64,000 bases of DNA, from NCBI RefSeq assembly GCF_036321535.1, contig NC_087437.1:24802001-24866000 (forward strand), given 5' to 3'. Every line of letters starts with the position of its first letter. Position 1 is the stretch's first letter. Made by a program: the position numbers and the translations under genes. The DNA is from Camelus dromedarius. Lineage: Eukaryota. Of the stretch, positions 37,779-48,150 are shown piece by piece. The notes under the pieces were generated by a model. It saw nothing but the letters and a program-made list of their open reading frames with translations, was not told where the DNA came from and searched no databases.

Positions 37779-39424
37779 AGAATTTTGCTGTGAAAAGTGT
37801 GAGCTAAACAATCAAATCCCAGAGATAGCACTAAATGTGGAAGACTCTCCATTATGGGATCCTGTGTATTGTTCCCATGTGTCACAATCCCTCAGACTAG
37901 AAAACACTTTGATGATTTATGGCATCCAGATTTCCATTCATCTCTTTCGGACCTGTCAAGCATGCCTCAACTACATACCAAGGCTCAACTCCTTATCTTT
38001 TAATAAAGAAACCAAGGAGTAAATTCTACCTACCACTGTCCTTTCTACTTGGTGTAGACCAGCCCTGGATCAGGGGATAACTTGGAAGAGGAAATCTAAG
38101 CAGTTCTTTTTAAATAGTGAAATTCATATACAACTTAAGAGTTTATTGAATAGAAGTATTTACAAAAGCTCTACCTCGTTTACCAACACGGGACTCTGGC
38201 TTCCCTTTAATAGTTGATGGGCTTCTTGGAGGCATCACCGTGTCTTATTCATTTTTGCGTCCCCAATAGGAAAACAGTGCTTACTCCAACACACTGTAAG
38301 TGCTAACCAAGTGATTAGTAAGTTAAGCTTACAAGGATAGAAGCTGATTTCTGTTAAGTCAATAGAGAATCCTTATCCCAACAAATTGTTATCCGTAGCA
38401 ACTTTCAAGTTATATTTATGTTGAAGAGTTGTATTCTTAGAGTTTTTTCTTTATCCTTTCTTTATTCTTTGTTATAAACTGGAATTGTATATAATGTAAT
38501 ACTATGACCCTTAAATTTTTCTACCCATTACTCTACCATGAGCCATACAAAGTTTCAAGGTCTAGTCAACTTATCAAGAGGGGATGTAAATGCCCAGCAA
38601 ACTGAAAACTTAGAAATTAATCATTTAAACTGAACACTGAAGGTGACATCTTTAAAGATGAAATCTGTTCTTCCAAATTCAACTCAAGCACATTCCAGTA
38701 AAAAGTAGAGTTTGATGAGATTGTACTGATATTCCCAATTCTGGTATGACCACTAAAAACTTAGTCACATTTGACTTAATGCGCTTTGATAGTAAAACAA
38801 ATGAACAGATTATAGTATCACACTATTAATCCGCACCGGTGATTACACATCTACCTCAATCATTTTTTATTTTTATTGCAAAACTTCAAATACTAGAGTT
38901 TGGGGTTATGTATTGAAGAAATTAAATTACATTTTTTTTTTTTTGTATTTTCCTCCGTTTTGTCTTCCAGCATGGTTTTGCTATTCACCTACAAGAGTTC
39001 TCTACTCTGTCCAGACCTTTTGATGTACTGAGGAGGCAAAGCTCTCCCCTGTGAGCATGCTGACGTGGGCCGTCGGTGCTCACCTGAGGTCATCCTGTTA
39101 CCTCACACCCTCCACAAATCTTAGTCTGCTTTACATCATATAACACAACCCACTCAACTCACCAGTGAGAATGATGAACATTGCTACAACGTTTAAATTT
39201 ACTCAAATGTATTTTAAAATACCTTTTAAATTTAAGTTTAATTGTAATTCAGAGGCACATCCACGAAATGTCCGAAGTATATTAGTCAGGAAAATAGATT
39301 TTTTTTCTTTTCTACAATAACATTTGATGTTTTCAACACAATTTTACTTTTATTTCCAGATAACATGAGCGAGCTTTACATCACTTCACAAGTAATTTTC
39401 TGTTACATATTTATATTCTATTGA

Positions 39425-39593
39425 TAGGGCAGCCTGATTTAGCAATAAAAAATATAGGACACCAGTTCATTTTAATTTCAGATAAACAATGGAATTTTGA
39501 AACTTATTTGGCACATAGTTTCCTAAAAAATTATTTATTGTTTACCTTAAATTTGAATTTAACTTGGTGTCCTGTATCTTATCTTGCAAACTA
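39425..39593. mobile_element. MER53 palindromic hAT MITE
   Basis: tagggcagcctgatttagcaat...tgtcctgtatcttatcttgcaaacta; 8-bp TSD tctattga / tttgttga (6/8). Confidence 0.85.
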
Positions 39594-40521
39594 TTTGTTG
39601 ATGTTGATGAGAAAAATCAATGTTAAAATTTTCTAGTAAAAATAATTCTAGAAATAAGAAAGGGATCACAGTAGGAACCCATTCTGACATGATACATTAT
39701 TACATAAAGTCATATATACTGAAGGCTAGATAATATCTGCCAAAAGTAGAGGATACACAGAGTAAGACACAATTTGAGGTGACTGAATGGCTATCCCACT
39801 GTCATAAAAGTATTTGTTAATTGAGTATCTATGATGTTTCAGGAACTAACTATACTAAATCCGAATGTAACCAGGGCAGCAAAAGTCCCTTTGAAATTGC
39901 ATGGGAAGCTCTGACGCTCAAGAGAGAGATGCAGTCATGAAAGTGATGAGATGACTTAGATAAAAAGAGAAGAGACCGAAAGCAGAGACTTAAAGGCTCC
40001 TGACTACAAGGGCTGGCAGAAGAAGACTAGACTAGAAAGAGATTGAGAAAGAGCATCAAGGATAGGAGGTGAGAGGCAGCTCTCCCCACTGAAATAAGCC
40101 AGCGTCCCATGGAAAGATGGCTGATTCCAAGTCAGAGGAGGTGAGGGAAGAGTCAAGATGCGGCACTAGAAATAAGTACCTAAAAATGTAAAATGCCACA
40201 AGGATTCAGGAATCAACATGAAAGGACAGCCATAGGCTCAAACATTAGTAATGTATTGAAAGTCATTAAATAAAATTGATAATAATAATCTCTGTTGATA
40301 ATAACTAGATAGATAGATAGATAGAGAAGGGGAACATTCTTTCAGTGAAGTGCTGACTGATAAATACAGAAAGAATGACAGAATCATCATTTTGCAACCA
40401 TCATTGTAAAAAAATGATTAAGAAAAGAATAAATGGATGATAAATCTGGGGTGGAAAGGAGGTTAAATGAAGTTCAGAATATTTACATAATATTAAGTAT
40501 CTTCCCAGAAATTGCTTATTA

Positions 40522-41176
40522 CATCAATCCTCATTATTCATGAATTTCATATTTGCAAATTCAACTGTCAACTAAAAATCCACTTGTACCCCAAATTCTC
40601 AGTCATTTGTGGATATGCACAGAGGGGTGAAAAACCTGAGCCACTCAGTGTGCGTGTTCTCAGCAGGGGTCAGGCGAGGCAGTGCTCTGCCCTCTTATGT
40701 CAGCTCTCTTACTGTAAACAAGCACCTCTTTCAAGGTATATTTAGTGTCAGGTGTTTGGGTGTTTGTGCTTTTTGTTGGTTGATTTGATGTTTGTTGGAT
40801 TTTTGCCGTTTCAAATAGTTTCAAAGCATAGCAATGATGTCCTTTCCAGTGTTCCAAAGTGTGAGAACTTGGTGATGTGCCTTATGGAAAAAAATTATGT
40901 GTTAGATAAGCTTTTTCAGGCATGAGTTACAATAATGTTGGCTATAAGTTTAAGATTAATGAGTTGACATGTAAAATTAGATGTCTTTAAACAAACAAAA
41001 ACAAACCCCACATAAAAGCAAGATTAGATATTGATTGGTTGATAAACATGATGTGACTAGAGGTTCACAGGAACCTAATCCAGGACTTCCTCTGGGAGCA
41101 ACGCTTAGTATCTGCTCATTCAGTGTTTGCAGCAACTTAATAGAACATAACTACTGTGAATAATGACATTTGACTA
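40522..41176 (+). mobile_element. MER82 (TcMar-Tigger) DNA transposon
   Basis: caatcctcattattc...tatttgcaaattc, ctgtaaacaag, gttagataagctt, caggaacctaa, agaacataactactgtgaataatga...gact; TA TSD at 40520-40521 and 41177-41178. Confidence 0.85.
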
Positions 41177-41183
41177 TAATTAC

Positions 41184-41495
41184 TGTTGACCTGAAACAAA
41201 TAAACTGCCAGGTATCTCTCCAGCAAAGAAGGGTTTATTTGGGATCAGCAAAGAATTATAATTCATGGTCTACAACCATGGGGAGCCAAGTGCAAGTCCC
41301 CACAGGGAGAGAGAAGGAGAGCACTTTTATGGGGGGAGAGGGAAGTTGGGAGAGCTATGGTAAACAAAGAGCCCATGGCTTTTCATGAGCTGAATCTTCA
41401 GAAAAGAGTCATCTTTCATGTGCTGCTGGGCTATGCTATTGTTCCCCTCTGGTCAACTGACCCTAATTGAGATTTTTGTTTATGAATTTTTTACA
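41184..41495 (-). repeat. 3' LTR of the provirus
   Basis: TG...CA; AATAAA on the minus strand; directly preceded (minus strand) by the PPT. Confidence 0.9.
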
Positions 41496-41507
41496 TCTCC
41501 CCATTTT
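41496..41507 (-). other. Polypurine tract
   Basis: Minus strand aaaatggggaga immediately before the TG of the 3' LTR. Confidence 0.85.
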
Positions 41508-41823
41508 GATCAAGATCTTTCTCTGAAAGCATTGCTGATCAAGAGTCAGGTTTTCTAGTTTTGTCTCTCAGTGCCAAGAAGGAACTTTCCTAAGTGTAAT
41601 GCCTCATGCTGAAGGGAAAGGACACAAATTGGAAACCTATCTGAGGTTACATTTGAGTAACGCGGAGGGGTAGGACAGAGAATGCTCAGGAACTTTTTAT
41701 CCAAACTCTGTATGTTACCAAGATCATAGACATTGGCTTTATGTTATTTAAAGGTTTGGCCAAAAAGTTTCAACAGACCAGCTCCAGATATCTCGGGAAA
41801 GCTGTTATTAGGTGTTATCTGTC

Positions 41824-44800
41824 TCAATTCTGGGAAATCATTACTTTCAGGTCATCAGATGATGTTCAGTTCCAGTCAGTTTCTGCATTTTCTTCGGGTG
41901 TGTCATGTGAGTCCAAAAGTCTCTTCCTTGGAGTCTGGTGGCACATGGGTTGGTTATCAGTGACTGACAGGGAGCTCTTCAGCAAGTCTGAAGAGAGTTC
42001 TTCTGGAGGTTCTTCTTTCCCAATAGATAAAATCTCCAGTTTGCAAGGTATGATGCTTAAGGTCTTCATCTCCTGAAAGCACATTGTGGAAAGAATTACT
42101 CTACCAAAACATGATGACTTTTTGATACAAGCAGTTAGGCTTTTGGAATATTGGAGCATCTCTCCTTTATCAGTTGTAGGTCAAAAGGAGACAAGTGCAT
42201 TGAGCAAACTTATGACCACATCAAGGGTGACAGTTTCTGAGTTCCACAAAGGGCAGAGCTGGGATTTAGGAGGACCAAAACAGCAATGCTTTGGGCCAAG
42301 GTATTTGGATGATCTCTACAAATTTTACCAATTGAGTCTTAATAATGCCTTTAGCGTCTTCAACCAGATCAGAGGATTGAGGGTGGTAAGCTCAGAGACA
42401 ATGCTGTAAAATTAGCCAAATAGCACAGACCTGTGGGAGTACCTGGCCAATAAAGTTTAAGTTTGAGACAAGTTCCCCTCGTGGGATAATCTTTTCCAAA
42501 AGGACTTTAGCTACAGGAGAGGCAGTAGCCTACCTGCAAGGGAGGTCTTCAGTCCAGTGTGAAAATACACAGACCATGACTAAAACATATTTCTATTCAT
42601 GAGATGGAGGAAGTTGTATGAAACCCGTTTGTCCGACCTCCAGTGGTCCGCTAGGCAGTATCAAGTGTCTGAGAGCAGTGTGGACAGGCTTCTCTGGATT
42701 GTATTTTAAATAAGTGAGACAATGAAGTAGGCACCTTTTCTAGCCTAGGTAGTGTTTCTCCACCAATACAGTTTCATGAAGGCTACCATTTTGTCAGTAG
42801 GCCGATGGTTTAGTGCATGTACAGAGGTGAGGAGTAGGGATTTTTGAGTCTCTGGTAGGACTGAGTTGTTATTTGGCCCAACCCAGAGTGTTCTCTTTTT
42901 TATCAAACCAACAACTGCTGAATTTGCACTCTTGTTTTTCCTTTTCTGAGGCTAAATGTTGGGCTTCTCTAAGTGATCATTTGTGGAAATATCCCTTTGG
43001 ACTATAACAGAGGTTTGGCTGCTGTTGGATCCTTTAAAGGCAGCATTGCTTGTGGAAATGTCAGGAAGGTGATTTCTTTCAGCTTCCAAAGAGTCAAGTT
43101 TAGAATGCCCTGGAATCTAAATAATAGCTAAAGGGACAGGTAAAAATAGTGAACCCAATTGTTCCTGAACATAGGGGCCATTTAAAGTTTTATCTCCACT
43201 GGAAGTAAAGAAGCCATGTTGCTTCTACAACATTCCAAAATCAAGAGTTACTCAGAAAGCGTATTTACCATCAGTATAATTACTTGACAGTTTTGTCCTT
43301 GGCTAAGGTATCAGCCTGTGTAAGGCTAAATGAGTCAGCCTACTGGGCTGAAGTAGTCATAGGTAAAGAAGTGGCCTCAACAACAGCAAAAGTATTAGCA
43401 AAAGCAGCCCCAGCACAGTATTTGCCATTGTCATCTTTAAATAAGAACCATCAGTGAAACATGAAAAGTCAGTGTTGCTGACAGGAGCTTCCCCTAGGTC
43501 ATCATGAGGAGTCAGATGGTGGCCTGTCAGCTAGAAGCAGTCGTGAGGGACTTAATCAGTGACAGAGGGGAGAAGAGTAGCTGGTTTGTTATTACAACAT
43601 AAAAGAGTTCTGTGGGAAGCAGCTAATAAAAGGACTTCAAAGGAGGTGAGACAGCTGAATGAGCTACAAAAATAAAGGGGGGGGGTGTCCCTCAACAATT
43701 TTCTCAGTGGTCGTAACCAAAAAGGCAGTGGCCACAATGGCTCTAAAGCAGAGGGAGTATTCCTGTGCCACAGGGTCCAGTTGCTGGGTCTAGTAGCCTA
43801 CAGGTTGATTGGGGTCCCCATGATTTGAGGTGAGTACCCCAAGGGCATCCCTTCCCTTTTCATACACAAAAAGGAAAAGGGAATCTGATCATTGGAATGC
43901 CCAATGGCAGGAGGGTTCATCAAACTCTCCTTTAAGTTCTTGGGGATAATGTCATCTGGTCCTTCCCATAAAATTGAGTCAGGGATGTTATTGTTTAATA
44001 AAACATACAGAGGTTTGGCCATGAGAGAGAAATTTAGAGTCCAATTTTGGCAATACCAAACTAGCCTGAGAAAACCTTAGAGCTGGCACTTAGTTTTGGA
44101 CTTTGGGAAACTTAGACTTCCATGAAGTCTATCTGGGTTTAGATGTAATCTTGTTTCGATATTAGATGCCCTAAAGATTCAACCTGGGCTTGGGCAAACT
44201 GCAAGTGTTTCTTTGGAAATCTTATGTCCCTTTAAGGCTAAAAGCTTCAGCAAGTGGATGCTGTCTTCCTGTGAAGATGCTTGAAAAGGAGAGCAAAGAA
44301 GGAAATCATTCTCATAGTCAATAAAGTAGAAACTCTAAGGAACTTTTCATCGTCCAGATCAGCCTTCAGGATTTGAGAGAAATAGGAAGGACCCTCAGTA
44401 AAATCCTGAGACAGTGCTATGCAAGGGCACTGTTTTTTTCCCCAAGTGAAGACAAAAAGATACTGGCTATCTTCATCAATGCTAAAATGCTAAAGAATGC
44501 ACTGCATAAATCAACCACTGTAAAGAATTTCCTTCCAGTGAGAATTTGTGTTAGTAATGTGTGAAGGTGAGAAACAACAGACAATAGGGTCTCAAGGGAT
44601 AACAGTATAATTTATTGCTTGGAGGTCCTGGACGAACCTCCACCTGAGCCCTTAGGTTTTCTCATTGATAAAATGGGAAACTTACAAGGGCTAGGACAAT
44701 GAATAATGAAACTTGGAGCCTTCTAATCTTCTACTATGGGCTTTATGCCTTGAAGGGATTCTTCACTTATACAGTATTGATTAATTCTGGAAAGAGATTT

Positions 44801-45385
44801 TTTGAGGGATCTATTTGAATCTTGATGGGAGGTGCGCTGTGAATTTTGCCAACATCAGTTGGAGATTTTGTCCACAAGGACGGCAGCAGTTGATTCAATA
44901 GTGATAAATGATTAGTGTTCCCAGAATCAGCTATAGTACCATCAGAGATTTAACAAATAAAAGATGTCAAAGGGTCATTTAATTCATCTGGTGGGTTTGT
45001 TTGATTACTGTCAGATTCTAGAACTATTTCCTTCTTTCAGGAGAAAGAAATTCTGGCGAGATACCGCTCTAGGAAATCTCAGCCTAATAAATGCGTAGGG
45101 GCAGAGGAACTAAAGAGGAAAGGGTGTGTATCTCCCAAAGGTCAGGGACACAAGGGAATAGGATCAGAGACAGGAATCTCTTGAGGTTCATTACAGGTCT
45201 CCACTATTTGAAGTGCTTCAGTACTCTGAGGCAAGGGCTGTTTTATAGCAGTGGGATTGAGCATCAAGAGTGTGGCTCAGGTGTCAGTTAGGACTGGGAG
45301 AGATTCATCCCCAATCTGGAGAAGTATTTCTCCGAGCCAATTAAGAGGAAGGGCTGGGAAGACCCCTGTAGTTCCTTGGAGACAT
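41824..45385 (-). pseudogene. pol: ERV pro-pol, with many stops and frameshifts
   Basis: Manual translation: protease LTDT*ATL (45285-45277); RT WRFVQDLQAIN, FFTVVDLCSAFF and YENDFLL in place of YVDD (44316-44305); RNase H FTDGSY (~43450); integrase VHALNH and FIQLPPS...KYVLVMVC. Confidence 0.9.
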
Positions 45386-45389
45386 GTCA

Positions 45390-46093
45390 TTGAGATTAGA
45401 GAGGATTTTGGAAAGGCTGGTTAGAGGGATGAAATGCTTAAAGCACTTTAATTTGCAACAATCTCTTTCCCAATGTCCTGGCTCTTTGCAATAATAGCAG
45501 AAACTAGGAAGGTTTTGGTTTTGTTTAGGAGCCTTTATTTACTGGAGTTGAAGATTAAGAACTCTAATGGTCTTCCTTTGAGATGACTCATTGGGAGTAT
45601 GAGAGATGCAGAAGTGGATGCAGTTTCCCATTCCATCCCAGTTTAGCTCATTAATAAACAGAGTTAAAAACTACCTGGATAGAATCAAGATCTGAAGGAA
45701 AACCAAAAATTTTCTTTAAAAAGATCTGAAGTCAGTTGTAATATTCATGAACAGGTTTATCAATTTTTGTGTGCAAGCCTAAATTTTGTTCCACTCAACA
45801 GGCTTTGGAAAAGCTCTAGGAATTGCTCTGTGAAATCACTTAGCAATTGCTTGAGCCAGGCCATATAATAAGTTAGTAGGCTGAACTCGCAGTTGTAATT
45901 CTAGAGAACTTTCAGGGTTTTCCCAATTAGTGATTTTCATTCCAATGGGCAATGATACTCTGAATTATGTATGTCAGGTAGGTCCATTTAGTTAGAAATG
46001 AGCATTGAGGAAGAACCAAGGATTTAAATGTAACTCAGTTGGAGTCCCTGTTGGGGGTGCACCCTCAAAAAATTTAGATAACTGAGATCTCAT
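45390..46093 (-). pseudogene. gag: ERV gag, internally deleted and frameshifted
   Basis: ATG at 46093 (MRSQLSKFFEGAPPTGTP); MA-like FLTKWT; CA/MHR-like WNKI*ACTQK..PVHEYY; zinc knuckle CYYCKEPGHWERDC at 45499-45458. Confidence 0.85.
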
Positions 46094-46617
46094 TTCTCAG
46101 AATTTTTTCTTTAGAGTAAAAGAACAATTTTCAAAGAGCTCATTTCAAACATCTTGCAAACTTAAACACCAGCTAATTCTAAAGAAACATCTTGGTCCCA
46201 GAGAAGCCAGGCCAAAGACATTTTCAGACAATTTCCAGAGAATAACTCCTTCCATAGGAATAGGCTGTAGGCTGAAAAACTGGCACAGTTTTAGTGAAGA
46301 AGCCCTTGTTCCTAAAGGAATGGGCTGAAGGCATTTTCAGCCAGCTTTGGTTGAAAGAGTCTGATCTCAAAATCAGACCAAAGTTCCAAGTGAGTACTTG
46401 ACTATAGAACAAAACCTTAACCAGAAAGACAGATCCTTAAAATAGATTCCAAATAAAACCTGGACAGCTTTGAATACAAAAAGTGCATGAGCTCAGATCC
46501 AGGATAAGATGTACCTTCAAACTTCAGGGTCAGTGATAAAGCAGTGGATGACAATAGGCTCAATTGTGGGCACCACATCTGTTTCACCAGTCCCAGAGCC
46601 TTTGGGGGGTCTTCTCT

Positions 46618-46636
46618 GATCCTGTATGAGCCACCA
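46618..46636 (-). other. Primer binding site, tRNA-Ile(AAU)-like
   Basis: tggtggctcatacaggatc, 3 nt after the 5' LTR, versus TGGTGGCCCGTACGGGGATC; two of the differences are CpG-type decay. Confidence 0.75.
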
Positions 46637-46639
46637 AAA

Positions 46640-46965
46640 TGTTGACCTGAAACAAATAGACTACCAGATATTTCTCTAGCAAAGATGGATTTATATAGGA
46701 TCACCAGGAAATTGCAATTCGGAGTCTGTAACCATGGCAAGCCACATACACGTTTCTGCATGGCACAGGAAGGAGAACGCTTTAACAGGAGGGAAAATAA
46801 AGAGTAAATAAAGAGTCTATAGCTTTTCATTGGCTGAGTCTTTGTCAGGAAAAAAATCTTTATTTTCCCTATTGGGCTCTGCTACCATTGCAGGGTGTGA
46901 GAGGTTTCCCTTCTGATCTGCCAACTCTATTTAATTGAGGTTTCTGTTTATTTTTTTTTTTAATA
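46640..46965 (-). repeat. 5' LTR of the provirus
   Basis: Shares tgttgacctgaaacaaata... with 41184; 83/105 identities over the first 105 nt by manual count. Confidence 0.9.
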
Positions 46966-47704
46966 TTACAAAAGGAGAAATAGTAAACATATGGTGGAAA
47001 TATTGAGTACAGTTAACCAAGCGATCTATATTAATTTATCACTAACAAAGATCACATGAGCATCATGATCCATCAGATTTGATACTCTGAAAAGCATATC
47101 ACATTCTTTATGCAGTATTCCAGCCCCAAACATTTAAAAGTTGAATTTAATATTGGAAAAAACACAAGAGAGCTCAGGGTAAAAAGCATTCTATAAAACA
47201 ATTGGCCTATATTCTTTAAAAATGTCAATGACTTGAAAGTCAAAGAAAGACTAAGGAACACTCAGGATTAAGTAGACTCAAAGAAACATGTAAATGCATT
47301 GTGCAACTCATCAAGAAATTCTGTACCAAAAAGGCTGCAAAAGCCATCAGGAAAGTGGACTACATTAGATAAAACTTTTATATCAATATTAAATTTCTTG
47401 AATTTGATAATTATACTGTGAATATGTAAGAGAAAATTCTTATTTTTAGGGAATATTTATAGAAATGACATGGGGTAAAAAGAAGTGAATTATGTAACTT
47501 ATGCTGAAAAGACTCAGGAAAAAACTGAGCATATCTTTTCTGTCTATATATCTATCATCTATCAAGAAAAAAAGAGTACAAAAGTGGAAAAATATTACAA
47601 ATAGTTGAATCTGGGTAAGGGGAATGATTTGTGCTATTCTTGCAACTTTTGTTTTTTGGGAAAATTTCAAAATATGAAGTTTAAAAAAAGGAGAAGGAGA
47701 AAGC

Positions 47705-48150
47705 TTAGGAGACTGTGTTGTTAGAAAAGTCCAGAGGAAAGGAAGTGGTTGGCAGGGTCAAATGCTGAAGAAGTAAGTAAGGTTTGGGATTTAAGTTAGA
47801 TTTAGCAGCAAGGAGTTTATAGTGATGCTGGTTTCTACAGCTTAATAGAGACAGAAGCCTACTTGTCATGGGTGCAAATGAAGTGGTGTATGGAAAAATA
47901 GATACCAAAGTCTAGAATTTTAGCTGTAAAGGAAAGGAGAGAAGTATGGTAGAAGTTCGAGTGAGAAAATAAATTGTTGGGAATTTTTGTTATTTGTTTG
48001 ATTTTAAATTGGAGAGGTGCAAGCATTTTTAAATGGTGATGGGGACCTATCTTTGGCCAGTGAGAGGGAGGAGAAAGAATTGAAGAAAAATGGAAAAGAA
48101 GTAACAACTGAGAGAGTGAGAGCTCTAATGAAAGGTAAGAGATGGGATAA
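47705..48150 (-). mobile_element. L2 fragment
   Basis: gtcaaatgctgaagaagtaagtaagg...tagatttagca; purine-rich L2 body. Confidence 0.6.

Larger units (their letters stand above)
41184..46965 (-). mobile_element. Class I (ERV1) endogenous retrovirus: two LTRs, decayed gag-pro-pol, no env
   Basis: Homologous LTRs at 46640-46965 and 41184-41495, 4-bp TSD ttac (41180-41183, 46966-46969), PBS, PPT, and gag/pro/RT/RNaseH/IN motifs in order. Confidence 0.95.
40095..47690 (+). mobile_element. L1MC-type 3' region, present as 40095-40521, 41177-41183 and 46966-47690; host of MER82 and the provirus
   Basis: Removing both inserts and one copy of each TSD restores attgcttattaattacaaaaggagaaatagtaa, an L1MC-like motif; continues to gtgctattcttgcaactttt...aaaaaaa. 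Confidence 0.75.

Noticed and set aside
41733..46830. ORFs inside the provirus as intact or domesticated retroviral genes
   Set aside because: Most are antisense or off-frame; the true gag/pol frames have many stops, frameshifts and dead catalytic motifs.
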